Source: Eledone cirrhosa
Lineage: Eukaryota
DNA length: 64,000 bases
Direction: 5' to 3'
NCBI GenBank assembly: GCA_964016885.1
Contig: OZ024740.1
Location: forward strand, 205,964,001 to 206,028,000
Shown piece by piece: positions 41,201 through 54,682 of this stretch. Position 1 is the first letter of the stretch. Each line of letters opens with the position of its first letter. A program made the position numbers and the translations under genes. The notes beneath the pieces are model-generated. The model searched no databases. It had not been told where the DNA came from and saw only the letters and a program-made list of their open reading frames with translations.

Positions 41201-43350
41201 CTTCATTTTATGTTGCTTTTCATGATAGGCTTGGGACCACATTAAAACACCCAAGAATCCCCTATGAGATGCAACCTCATGGGAGAAAGACTAAACATGC
41301 TGACTAGTTGTGAGCTGCTTGAAAAGGGTAGATTATGATTTATGCTGTCTCTTTTTCTCATAACATTGCAATTTAGTAATATGCTTGTCGAGGACATAAG
41401 AAAACAAACATGTTTTTGCCTAAAGTATATCACATAAACGTAAATTCATCTGATGAAATCACACTCACCTCAGCAACAAATGCAACTACTGCATCTTGAA
41501 TTGCATACGGGTCACCATAGAAATAATTATAATGAATAAATGCTTTATGTAAACACAGCGTTTTTCTTAATGATATTCTTATTTAGTAATATTATATAGA
41601 AATGGTGGTTAGTCTCCTGTGGCAACCTGGTGAAATTGTCAGAACCAGGCTTCATCACTTGACAGACAGAAGTTTGTAAGCTGACAAATTTAACAGGCTA
41701 TTATCTGGTAGATTGTGGTGAAAACATCTGTCATCCTGAACCACTTCCCTACTCACTTTGATTGAGATGGAGATGATCCCCAGGAGTTGAACTCACTCTT
41801 CAAGTGTATCACCTATGTCATTCATAACATTACAATAGATATCATCATTGTTTAATGTCCATCTTCCATACTTGCATGGGTTATAGTCTAATATGTCTAA
41901 CCATGAGTTTTTAGTTGAGTAGACTGGAGCAAAGTGAAAGGAAGCGTGTTGTTCAAGGGTACAATGTATTGCCTCGCCTGGGAATCAAACCCACAACCAT
42001 CAAATTCAAAGAAGAGTGTGCATTAGTGGGCTAGGGTTGTTGCTTGTTGGCAAATGAAGGTTTACTGATCAATAACATAGATCTATTAATAAACCCCACA
42101 ATGTACCACCATGTATCACTCACTACACAACTACCATAGTGTTGGTGCCATGATAAAAATCACCCATTCCACCCTGTCGGGTGGTAGTGATGGTGCCACA
42201 ATAAGAAGCACTTGGTACACACTGTGAAATGGTCAGCGTTAAGAAGGGCATCTAGCTATATAAACCATACTGGAATTGAATGTATGAGTAAGGTGCAGTA
42301 ATCTGACCTGTCTAGCCTCAGAATGTGACAGTACATCTTACAGGCATGGAAAAAGACATGAAACTGTGATGATGATATATATTATATAAAATATTTGCAT
42401 ATGAAACAGTCGCGTTATCTTGGGTACATGAGCTGTACAACAGTATTTTAATACAGGCTACATGAACAATATTCTAACACAGGCTATGTTTGTAATTGCT
42501 AGTAAGTAAACAGATGTTTAAGGCTAACATGTTTCTTATCTCAAGGGGAAATCAAATCTGTTTGCTAGAAACTTAGTTATGCTATAAATATGTTTTTACT
42601 ATAATGATTCATCTGCGTTTATGTAAGGTGTTTATCTGAAGTTCATGAGTTCGATTCCTGACAGCACATTGTGTCTCTTATTTCATGTTGCTCCAGTTGA
42701 CTCAGCACCTGAAATCCAATTGGTCAGTATTATCACACTTAATGTCATGCCTAATCTCCTTGAGAACTACATTAAGAGTACATATATCTGTGGAATGCTC
42801 AGGCACTTGTATGTTAATTTCATGGAATCTACATTGTCAGAACTGATGAAGGTCCAACACATCGGTGTTTGTAAGGTTTATCATTTGTACAGAATATATA
42901 ACCTTTTCAACAGTGTATTGCTAAAATAACTGGATGCAACATGGCTGGTTGGTTAAGAAGTTTTCTTTCACTGTGTGGCAAGTGTATTTTGCCACAGTCT
43001 CTCAGATGGACTGTACCTGTAATTCAAGAGGACAACCCTGTCACTACCAGAGAATTACATTAAGGGTGCATGTGTCAATGGAAAACTCAGCTGTTTACAC
43101 ATTAATCTAACTTTGATTAAATACTGACTTGGCCTTTAATGATACATTCAACCCATGTCAACATAGAAAGGTGTATGAGGTGGTATCAAAAAGTTTCTGG
43201 ACTAGCTTTGTAGTACACCAACAGATGGTTCAAGCCAAGAAAATGTGTATGTATTCATGTCACCAAGATTGGCAACCATGAGTTGAGCTATTTGTCAGTC
43301 ATTAATGTAGGATGACAGACACAAATCAATCATTAATACCTGGCTCAAAT

Positions 43351-43381
<31 letters not shown>

Positions 43382-43452
43382 CCCAAAGTGACATGGCAAA
43401 CATATTGGAGACCAGCTAAACCTGTACAGGTGTGAACTGTAAAGTTATGTTA

Positions 43453-43899
43453 GTATCACAACAAAAACATCCAGCCCACACTGTAAAGTGGTTGTGTAGG
43501 TATCACAACAAAAAACATCCAGCCCACACTGTAAAGTGGTTGTGTAGGTATCACAACAAAAAACATCCAGCCCACACTGTAAAGTGGTTGTGTAGGTATC
43601 ACAACAAAAAACATCCAGCCCACACTGTAAAGTGGTTGTGTAGGTATCACAACAAAAAACATCCAGCCCACACTGTAAAGTGGTCATGTAAGTATCACAC
43701 AAAAAAGCACTCAGCACACACTGTAAATGTGATTGGCATTCGGAAGGGCATCCATCCGTAGAAGCCAAGCCAGAAACAGTTCTGTGTGAGCAAGACACAG
43801 TCACCTGACTCTACTTGCCTCAAATGAGACAACCCATCTAACCCATGCTAGCATGGAAAATGGATGTTAAACGATGCTGATGATGATGATGTTGATGAT
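43453..43899 (+). mobile_element. RTE-tail element with a near-perfect 48-bp tandem array (~6 copies)
   Basis: Unit AACAAAAAACATCCAGCCCACACTGTAAAGTGGTTGTGTAGGTATCAC, then the shared RTE 3' end and (GAT)n. Confidence 0.85.
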
Positions 43900-43916
43900 T
43901 ATATATATATATATAC

Positions 43917-44487
43917 CATCATCATCATCGTTTAACGTCCATTTTCCACGCTAGCATGGGTCTGGACGGGAATTGTCCCACCTGAGGCAAGATTGGTTGT
44001 CTTGCTCAGGACTGTCTGGCGGGTTTTCTACGGCTGGGTGCCCTTCCCAACACCAACCACGTTTACAGTGTGTACTGGGAGGTTTTTACCATGTTACCTA
44101 CATGGCCACATTACAGCGTGGACTGTGTGTTTTTTTGTCGTGACACCTACACGACTTCATTTGTTTCGGACGGATGTTGTGGTACCAACATAACTTCACA
44201 TTTAAGGGGGTGGTGTGGATGGGGTGGGGGTAGTGGGACGGGGGTGTATTTTGTTAGAGGTGCCTACTGACTGTAGGTTTTGCTTTGTACTTAGGCAAGG
44301 CGGGTCTTCTGTATAACTGTGTAGCGCCAAAGATATCGGTCCAGTGACATTGTCTTGGAGAGGTGTAAGTGTGTGAGGTCGGAATTTATCAAGTCATCCC
44401 AGGTTTTTCTGGGTCTGCCTACTCCGTGGCTACCGTCTATTTTTATCGCCCTGCACTTTTTTATACAGCTGTCGTCTTTCATGCGCA
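43917..44487 (-). mobile_element. RTE family A-related 3' fragment in (TA)n
   Basis: ORF 44291..44488 MRMKDDSCIKKC...GRPRKTW...KTRLA; the UTR matches family A. Confidence 0.9.
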
Positions 44488-46794
44488 TATATATATATAT
44501 ATATATATGTGTGTTGTGTGTATCTCAGGTTTTAGAATAGATACACCACATCTTTGTGGAGCCAACCCCCTCTCCATGTCTGAAAGCAACTGATTTCTTC
44601 TGCATAGATAAACAGAGAGAGAGAGGAAGAATTATCCCCACTATTATATTGATACTAAAAGGGTTGGTATTAGGAAGAGCGTATGGTTGTAAAGTATCAG
44701 CTCAATCAATGATGAAATATAATTTTAATGGTTTCAGTTACAGCAGCAGTTTCAAAGGTCTTAGTTGATCACATCAACCCCATTATTTATTTTTGTCTGG
44801 TACTTATTTTACCACTTTCTATATATTATCATAAATGGCTAAATTGCACGTAAGTGGATATAGCGCAAAGTACCAGTGTACACACATAAACACACACGCA
44901 CAAACACAAACACATAAGAGAGAGAGAGAAAGAAATCCATGTACATTATTACTTTCATTATCATTTTACTGCCTTTCTGCCACTTGAATAAACTATTAAA
45001 ACTAGATCGTTATAGTATTGATGACTTTTTTATTTATCTGAAGTTAAGACTGGTTGTCCAGCAAGATATTCACTCAGAGCTCTCTTTGATCTATTATATC
45101 CTGATATATAATATACTACTATCTATTAACTTGAAAAAGAAATCTGATTATTTCATAAACAGATGAGTCAAGCCTACTTCATTGCCAGTATTTTTTATTT
45201 GACTATTTACAATTATGGTTAGTGCAGAGGTGCTGTGAAGGCACATGGGTCTAGTGGTTAGGGTGTTAGGCTCACAAATCATAAAATTGTGGGTTTGATT
45301 GTTAATCAGGACAGCATGCCATGTCCTATCTACATTGCTCCACCCAACATAGATGAAAAAAGATAAAATAAAAAAAGAGATTACCAGTTTTAGCTGGGCT
45401 TGACACTGTAATGGGCTAGCTTCTCATCTAAGGAAAAATCTTGTACCCTTAGTCAATACTAATGAATCTAGGATAAGCACTGGCCTGATGAGCCTCTGGG
45501 CTTGAGACATACTTTAACTATGATTAGTGATATTGACTTGAGCAGAGTAAAAATAAAAATTGCGTTTCCAGTGTTTATAAAGTTCCAGTCATGTACTGGA
45601 GTGTTTAATTGCTGGCCTTGTGCCAAAATTAGAAACCATTATTAAGTTGGTGTTTGGAGCACATCTGAACAAAGGACCTTATATAAAATTATGGAAAATA
45701 TTTAGATAAATATAAGCATTGTAAAACAAGCAGTTTTATTGGGTAGAACCAGGAGTGTTACAAGGCTGCTTTGTATCAAAAGGGCTATATTGTATGGACC
45801 TGTAACCCTTGATGGAGTCATAGAAGTACTGCCATGACCTCTGTCTTGGGCACTTTAAATTTAGTGGAGCTGACCCCCTCTCCATGTCTGAAAGCAACTG
45901 ATTTCTTCTGCATAGATAAACAGAGAGAGAGAGGAAGAATTATCCCCACTATTATATTGATACTTTTTTTAATCGACCTCAAAAGGTAAAGTCAACCTCA
46001 GTGGGATTTGAACTCAGAGCACAGAAAGCCAGAACAAACGCTGTGAAGCATTCCATCCAACATTCTAATAATTCTGCCATTATGCCGTCTATCAAAAGGG
46101 TTAAATGGCTATATTACTTGTAGTAAACAAACAAATCTACTTCAAACTGGAATTAATTATAGTTGGAGAAGAGAACAAAATAAGTTGATGTATGGAATGT
46201 ATCACCTGACATATTGAGGTTATGTTGAACTAAAACTTCATGTGATAATGGCCGAGGAGAGAAGATTTACACTACAGAGTCATGTTTTAATCTAATTGAA
46301 AAAGACTTGTCATAAATCTTCCTTTATTCTTTGCCACTCCTTTCTATGATTTAGTTGTCTCAATTTCAATTGAAGAACACTTGCAAATGAAAACTGCTAC
46401 TTGGAGGAATTTATATGGTTTTCAAGCTCAATATAAATCACAGTTGGGTGGGTGGGTGATGTTGTTGACTGTTAGGAAGCTAGCAGCTATATGTTATATA
46501 GGCATGGTTTTTTTTGGTTAAGATGTTTGCTGTGCAACAACAAGGTTCAGGGTTCAGCCTTACCATGGGGCACATTGAGCAAGTGTCTGCTACCATAGTT
46601 CTAGATTGACCAATGGCTTCTAAGTGAAATTTGGTGTATGGAAACTGTATAGGTGTAATTTCTGTAGTTAGCCAGGTTTCAACCTTAAGACTTTCTACAT
46701 ACAACCAGATTAAAGGTGTGTTAAAACATATTTAACCTCACTGTGAGTATTTTAAGCTATAATAATATAACTACCGCAGTATTGGTGTAAGAAT

Positions 46795-46838
46795 GTTGTA
46801 TACATGTATTTCAGAGATATTACTCTTCATCAGCCACT
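46795..46838 (-). ncRNA. Orphan minimal hammerhead motif with decayed stem I
   Basis: GUGG-CUGAUGA-AGAG uaauau CUCU-GAAA-UACAUGUA-UA-CAAC. Intact core, palindrome AUACAUGUAU, stem I only 3 of 4 paired. Confidence 0.55.
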
Positions 46839-48020
46839 CACTTGCTTAGGCCAAGAAACTGAGGTAACATCTTAACTCTTTAGCATTACTCTATATTTAC
46901 TATTATATTTTCACAGTAAACACTTTACCTCACATAATTATCTCATAATATTGAATTTACAAGATTTTGATATTATTTATTGAACAGCTGGTTATGGCCG
47001 GTTTAAATGTTAAAGGGTTAAAGATTTTGTAAACAAATTTCTTACGAGACCCAGGGGTAAATCTCAAGCAAGGTGGTTGGACAACATCCATGAACTTGGC
47101 TGGTCTCACTTGGGGATCCAGCCAGATCAACTGGAGATGGTTGCTTCTGACAGGACCCACTATAAGGAGTGTTTGAGGACTCTGCCCCCATGATCCTCTT
47201 AGGAAGAACTTCTTATGGTGAAAGTTTATTTACATACAGTGCATGATTGATTAGCTTGTATTAATTAGCAGTTACACTAACACAATGAGATTCACAAAAA
47301 AGACATATAAGGACCTGTTTTATCATCAACAGTTTCTGTTTCTCCATGGTGGCATAAATTGGACAAGAATTATGCAGCCGGATGCCCATCCCGACATTAA
47401 CCATTGTTTTTGCTGTAAGGTATGGATCAACCCACATCTAACTACAGAGCAATAGGATCTCTGTTGATGTGGAGCAAAACACATGCCACTTCATCATTAT
47501 CATCATGTGATGTCAAATGTGAAGAAAGGGCAAACACAGATAAATATGTATATTAGTTTCAACACATGACCTGAGATCAAGTCATTTGTTAAAGAAGTAT
47601 AATTTAGAAATATATAACAAACTAAATGCACCCAGTACACCCTGTAAAGTGGTTGGAGATTGAACAGAATTAGTAATAGGTAGAATATATGACAACCTCA
47701 CTAGTGCTGGTGCCAAGATAAAATTCACCCAGTACACTCTATAAAGTGGTTGTGCTAGTGCCATGATAAAATGACCCTGACATGCTCTGTAACGTAGTTG
47801 GCATTAGGAAAGGTATCCAGCCATATAGAAACCATGCTAAACATGAGCAAGATGAGGTCTCTCCAACATATCTACTCTCACACCGTGATAACCCATCTAA
47901 CCTGTGTCAGTATGGAAAGTTATTGTAAATTGATGATGTTGAATGAGACTAACAGGTTACATATATCTTTACATATTATGTTTGTACAGTAGAAATCAAT
48001 TGCTTACATATGTGTGAGTG

Positions 48021-48320
48021 TGTACAGGAGAAGTGTAAGGAGCAACAGCTTGATCTGTACAATTGCTGTATTAATCTCACAAAAGCCTTTGACACAGTCA
48101 AGGACTGTGTCAAAGGCCTTTGTGAGATCAAGCTCTTTGGAGTATACCCTTGAAGCTAGGTTACCCTGATGAATTTACAGGACTTATGTTTATTGCATGA
48201 TGACATGAGAGTGTGGATTTATATCAATGGTGAGCTCCTAGAACGTTTGTCAATTGAGATAGGCGTGAAACAAAGTGACCTGCTCAGTCCAACATTGTTA
48301 GCCATCTTCCTTGCAGTTCT
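48021..48320 (+). mobile_element. Old RTE (BovB-like) RT fragment
   Basis: QEKCKEQQLDLY...NLTKAFDTV ... GVKQSDLLSPTLLAIFL. Confidence 0.75.
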
Positions 48321-49524
48321 TTTGTGTGTGTGTATCATTTTGTAAATATATAATCTGATCTGAAAAATGCTTCACAAAAGTAAATCTATTCTGAATTTCC
48401 CTGTTATTATAATGTTGACCTCATTTATCTGTAGCATTATGGTCACCACATTACACATATACACTTAGCAATATCTAGCTAGTTAAGTGGTTTTCAATAT
48501 CTTAGAAATCAATAATTCCATTGGAGTTTGTAAAACGTCTTTAAGGTTTCTCACATCTGCCTTAGTTATTCATTTTCCTTAGTGACAGCTGTGAAAGGAG
48601 ATCCATTGTTTATCCAGCACTAGCTTTATGTAAAAGTATAATGTTCATATTAGAAATATTTCTTTAATCATTTTAATACCATATTTTTAATAAAAGACCT
48701 TGAAAATATTTGCTGGGAAATTCAGAATAATATTTAGACAATTCAACAGAAATCTATTTAAAATATAAATACCCCTTAGTTGTGCAACAAGTTTGTTACT
48801 CCAAATGTTTAGAATATCTTTTTCTGGTGGACAGATTGTGAAAATTTGCAATAAACTAAAGATGCAGTCACAGTATGGTTTTGTACTTTTCAAGAATGTC
48901 TTGTTGATGTCATTTCATGTGGAAAAGGAAACTATGAGTTCATTGAAATAGTGCATTTCATTAGAAATTTATTCATGAAAGGATTAAAGCACAATCTGAC
49001 CCCAACAGACTCCACTAAGGAAACCCTTTTCACCCTCACTGACCCCAACACCACCAAGATTAACCCTGTTTCTACAAACTTCACCTAAAACAAACTTCTA
49101 ATCACAAACTCTATTGAGCACATCACTTTCTCGTGAATTGTAAGAACAAAAGCCACAATTCCACCACCAACAACAACATATGTATTGTTTCATCTTCAAT
49201 AGATGCTCTTTGATAGGCAATCTAACTATTCACAACCTTTACCACATAAAACTTCATGAGCAAGACATTCTTGAAAAATACAAAATGGCACAAGACTGAA
49301 TCGTATTAAAAATTATAGCCATTACTCCAATTTTGGGGCTCCTATTAATTAAAATACCCACAAAACACCCTATGAGATGCCTCCTTATAAGAGGCTAGTG
49401 AAACATGCAAGTGTGAGCCATATCAACAGCAATAAACAATATGACTTAACATTTATCATTAATTTGTCCCAATTTCTGTCAATTAACATTTAGAAATGCT
49501 AATGTTTTTCTATTTTCCTTACAG

Positions 49525-49758
49525 GCACACTTGAAAGATAGTCATCAGCTAATGGTTGTACACTGGGCAGGTAAAAATAGTAAAGTGATTGTAGCCCTAA
49601 CTAAAGACTCCAAACCAACAGCAAAAGCATCTTCAAGCAATGTCTTCATATCATATAATTATGGCAAGCACTTTGAAAATGTCAGCTACAAGCTGACCTC
49701 AGGCAACAATGTATCAGCTATACACCAGTTTCATAATCACCCACGACAAAACAGTCAT
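49525..49758 (+). CDS. SORL1: Sortilin-related receptor, internal coding exon (start of the VPS10P domain), phase 0-0
   Basis: ttccttacAG|AHLKDSHQLMVVHWAGKNSKVIVALTKDS...SSNVFISYNYGKHF...QFHNHPRQNSH|GTAAGT; resembles human SORL1 [29 protein letters not shown]. Confidence 0.93.
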
Positions 49759-51047
49759 GTAAGTTATCACCTTTTCCATTTTCTACATTAGAGTTTAATG
49801 TGCATGTGGTGTCAGGAAATTGTATGGTATAGTTGTTAGGGTGTTCAGCTCAAAAGTTTGATTCCATTGGTGTATTGTGTCCTTGAGCAAGACACTTTAT
49901 TTCATGTCGCTCCAGTCCACTCAGCTGGCAAAAATAAGTTACACCTGTAATTCAGAAGGCCAGCCTTCTCATACTGTGTCATGCTGAATCTCCTTGAAAG
50001 TTACTTTAAGGGTGTAGAGGTCTGTATCTGATAATATTTCTAAGTATAGAAGTTTATATCTGATAATATTTCTAATATATATCAGTATGTGTTTTACAAA
50101 AATTACATTATAATATATAATTGTGATGTAATTTATAGATTATTCTAAGCAGCTAGTTGGTTGCATGTTGGTATATATTTCTGACTTATATTATTAATCA
50201 TTTTAAAAATTCCAATGTCATTTAATTGATCATCTCCCTCGTGGTGATGAATTGGCAGAGTTGTTAGTGTTGGATTAACTCTCTTGATATTTTTTAATCC
50301 ATTAGCATTTACATTACTCTATATATATATACTACTGTAATTTTGTAGTAAAGGCTTTACCTCACATAATATCAAATCTATGAGATTTTATATTATTTAT
50401 TTTGTGTGGTTGGTGAGAGAATTCTTGCTGGATACAGCTGGTTTAAATGCTAAAGGGTTAAACTTGTAGCAGTCTGAATTTAAATCCTGCTGTGGCCAGC
50501 TTTGTTTTTTATCCTTTCAAGATAGATAAATAAAATATCAGTCTAGAGGTGAAGGATTGACAGAATTGTTATAGCATTGGTTACTTTGTGGTAACTGTTG
50601 CAACTCTGTCTGTTCTGAGTTCAAATCCTGCCTCCTGTTACTGGAAAAGTGGTTAAGAATTTTGCATAGCAACTACATGGTTTTGAGTTTGATTCCACTG
50701 CATGACACCATAGTTAAGTGTCTTCTCCATAGACTTGAGTTAACTAGTACCTTGTGTGTGGAATTTAGTAGATTGAAACTGTGTGGAAGCCCATCGGAAG
50801 GACTATTCCAGTTGCCTTTTTTAATACTACCAATTAGACCTTAGATGCTGTTAGTAGAATCCATTCTGTTGGTAGTATCGAGGCCAGTATTTCTTCTGAG
50901 AATAGCTTCCTCCTTTCCTTCCACCAATCTCTGAGGCTCTGAAAAAATTTTAGGAGATGGCCGTTTCCTCTCTCTCATTGAAACATTAAAATATATATTT
51001 CTTTTATTTATGTACTTCTTCTTTGGTATATTTCCTTGTTATTGCAG

Positions 51048-51209
51048 TATGTATTTGTGGATATAACAAACAACATCACATTTTTTACCCGTGACTATGG
51101 AAGGGCTTTTATTAAACATGCTGTTAGTTTTTGTCCCAGAGTACTAGCCTTTCATTCTTTGAATCCTGAAATACTTCTTGGCATGGATGATGATGATTCA
51201 CAGAGAAAA
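51048..51209 (+). CDS. SORL1: SORL1 coding exon, 162 nt, phase 0-0
   Basis: ttgcAG|YVFVDITNNITFFTRDYGRAF...LAFHSLNPEILLGMDDDDSQRK|GTAAGT; BNR/Asp-box motif TRDYG. Confidence 0.9.
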
Positions 51210-51496
51210 GTAAGTTGTTGTTTATGTTAATATTGATTACTTGTAGATAAAAAAAACAACTTGAATGCTACAATTTTTAATGCTTTTGTTACCAACCCAT
51301 CTAAGATTACTCCTAGATATATATTTTACAAAACTGTTTATTTAAAAATATTTTATTTAAATCTAAGCCTGCTCCCCAAATTATATGCCAAAACCTACTG
51401 TTAAATGATATTCATATATATATATATATATATATATCTCAGTCCTACCCATGCTAGCATAGAAATAGACGTTAAACAATGATGATGATATCTATA

Positions 51497-52430
51497 CTAG
51501 CAGCCTCCCAGCCTTTGCCCTAGTCTGTACTGTGCTCAAGTCTATTCATAAGGCACCTATTGTCATCTATCGTCATGCACATTTTACTTAAAATAAAAAA
51601 TGTTAAAAGGTATTTAAATACTGCATAACAATTAAAAAGTTTATTTTAAATATCTAGATACAGAAAATAATAAAGAAAATAATAGAAAAATGTATTCTAC
51701 GAAAATTATAAAACATTTACAGAACTTCAGTATATATAATGTTTTAAACTTTTTTTGGGAGCATATATGAAGAGTTTGTGGGGGTTTCCTATTCTGGAAC
51801 AACTTACATACAATTGACCATGTGAGAAACAACCCTCTTCTAGATGGAGACTGACAACCTGCAGTGTTTGACTTGTTGATAATTATTGCCTAACTGACTC
51901 TCACTGGGAATTGCAATTGTTTGAAACAAAAGAGGACATTTATTGGTATTAGTGGCATTCTAAGTATAAATCCGATGTCTCCCTTACTACATCCAGGATT
52001 TTGGCTTCAATAATGTGAGGCTGTAGTTCAGTCATAACCATATACATCCAATTGCACAATCATGGTTATCCAGAGTTCTGAAAAGCATGATGACCATGTC
52101 CTTCTTCAATTCAAGGTTGTGTGGCAGCATATCAGATGGTTTCAGACTTTTAAGAAATTCAACGGGATAATGAATCGCTTCATCCACGTAAACAAATTTG
52201 TCAATAGATTTGTAGGTCTGGCTACCTCCAGGGATCATTTGTGCGAGATTGTTTGTTGATGGCATTCACTGTAATGTTTTTTTTTGGATATGGGGGCGGC
52301 ATGGATTGCTCTTTCACACAGCCACTCTTTGTTGGAATGGTTGATTTTGAAGTTGGGGAATACTTGATTAATTAAATTTGCAACGCTTTCTGCAACAGTA
52401 CAAAATGATGATGGATCAAAACATCCTTCC
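51497..52430 (-). mobile_element. Helitron 3' end with degraded Pif1 helicase C-terminus
   Basis: WLCERAI, YKSID...YPVEFLKSL.PS.MLPHNLELK, RMPLIP, QFPVRV, CFSHGQLYVSCSR; terminus CTAG^T at 51497-51500. Confidence 0.88.
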
Positions 52431-52649
52431 GTATTAAGGGATTACTGTTCTATAAATTTAAACAACTGAGAGGTACTTATCTTTAACTCCGAGGGATACA
52501 AAGGCATTAAATTTACGTAAGAGCTGTTTTAAGTTCAAAACACCATCCTAATTAAAAAGTTATTTTTTATTAAATACCATCAGTTTTTTGATAATTTTCA
52601 AATTTGTTTTACACAAACAATGTATTTAATTAGAAATATGCTAATAAAA

Positions 52650-53290
52650 GAGCTAAATTTAATATAATTTGACAATTTAAACATTTCTTTTTCATAACTA
52701 CTTTCAATCCACTTCCTATTATTGTTTTAGCAGCTATTGCTTCATGAAAGCAATATGTGATGAGAATATTTTCATTCTTTGTCTTTTGATAAAGCTGTAA
52801 AGCCTTTTGAGGAATCAGTCATTGAGGGTGCACAATATATACATAGTCCTATGCAATTTATCTATGGCAAATTGTTTTCCTCTGTGGAACTATCTAAATT
52901 TTCAAATCTAGTTTTCAAAGGAACTTTTTGACAGCACAAGAATAACTCTATAGTTCTATTATTATGAATAGAATGTAATAAAATCAATAACTGTGCTAAC
53001 CGATTTATATCTATTGACTCATCTAGTTGCAGAGCAAAGAATATGTTGTAAAAATATCTTTCAGTTGCATTTTGATAGCTTGATATATATCTTGGATCTG
53101 TATTTCAATCTGGTTTGCTAAAGGAATCTTTTTTTTTTTTTGTCTGACTCAAATTTAAGCTCAAACATTATTCAAACTACTGCACAGCAATAACCTTTTA
53201 TTGTGGTTCCTGCTTATAGTATGTGGTTCTTTGTTTTAGCTGCTATTTAAGCAATAAACTTGAATTTTGAGTTTTATCTGATGTTTTCAA
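52650..53290 (-). pseudogene. Highly degraded Buster-type hAT transposase fragment
   Basis: KEPHTI, FFALQLDESIDINRLAQLL, CFHEAIAAK, IVNYIK. Confidence 0.75.
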
Positions 53291-53878
53291 TTTCTTAGTA
53301 AATACTGCATAGATACATAGGCATCTATTAAGAATAGATACCTATGTATTCAGTTTAAAATTGGTGCTCTGTATCTCTGCATGTTGTAAGAGGTTGGTGC
53401 AAGGAAGAGCATTTGGCTGTAAAACATTACCTCAAAAAGGACCATGTGATGAAGATTTCACAAGGCTAACAACCCCTCTTTTAACAGGGAAAATGGTCTT
53501 GAAACACTTAGCCTTTTCATTGCCATATTTCTATTGACAGGCACAGAATATGTATTTCAAATAATTTTTTAAATAATCAAGAATTTGAAAGGGTTTAGTA
53601 ATATACATTCTTTCTCATTATTAAGCTAGTGTGGATTAATAATGGATTGGCAGAATCGGTAGAGCATCAGACAACATGCTTCGCGGCATTTAATTATGGC
53701 GCTTTGCGTTCTGTGTTCAAATCCTGCTGAGGTTACCTTTGCCTTTCATCCTTATCGGGTTTATAAAATAAAGTACGAGTCATGCACTAGGGTTGATTTA
53801 ATTGACTTTCCCTTCTCCCAAAATTGCTGGATCATATTTTAACAAAACTTCTTACATAAAATTATGATTAGATAAATA

Positions 53879-54682
53879 CTAGCAGAATGGCCCGGCATTG
53901 CTCGGAATTTGCTCTAGGGTTCTTATATATTTGATATATATTTATCCTTATCGAGCCTCGTGAAATAAATAATTTGTTTATATTTTGTTATTGTGTATGC
54001 AAAAATATCTGTACACGAATATATAATTATATATATATATATATATAAAAGAGTACAGAGAAGTACGGAATACCTCGGCCTCGGGATGGTGTCGACATTT
54101 TGTGCTTATAAAAAAATTGTCATAGATTACCAGGGTTTTTTTCCGTGCGAAGAAAATCAATACTTTATCGCAAAATAAATACTTTTGTTTGTATTTTGTT
54201 ATTGTGTATGCAAAAATATCTGTACATGAAAATATATATATATATATATATTAAAATAACAGATTAAAGTTTAAGCAATGAATCGCTGCTTTCACCCTTA
54301 ACGGGATCTTCTGAAACTAAAATAAAAAAATCAATCTGTGAACGCAGAAGTAAATATTTCGAAAAACGTTACACACTATATATCTATACACACACACAGC
54401 TACGTCATAATGTTGTAATGCAGACAGCCAGGCATACAGAGAGATATTATAAGGGCGCAACGTTATATCTATGTATCTAAAAAGAGAAAGACTAAGAGAG
54501 AGAGGGAAAGAGATCGCTAAATCGCCTAATGCATTGAAAATTTGAAATTTTTTTTTCTCAAAATACACACAGGATCATAAATAAGTATTACATGTGTAAA
54601 GGTTGAAAACAATCGGTTGCGTGGTTCTCGAGTTTTAGTGATCGGACAGACAGACAGACATTCTCTGTTTTAGATATATAGA
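53879..54682 (-). mobile_element. Non-autonomous Helitron
   Basis: Minus strand starts A^TCTATATATC followed by (GTCT)n and ends CCGAGCAATGCCGGG...CTGCTAG^T; termini resemble 26349-27339. Confidence 0.8.

Noticed and set aside
41464-41570. Possible minus-strand exon ..FYGDPYAIQDAVVAFVAE|GTGAGT
   Set aside because: Good donor site, but no credible acceptor, no partner exons and no recognisable homology.
45486-45515. CTGATGA-GCC..GGC hammerhead-like start
   Set aside because: Followed by TTGAGA, not GAAA; the homologue at ~34797 reads CTGGTGA; it is a SINE tail.
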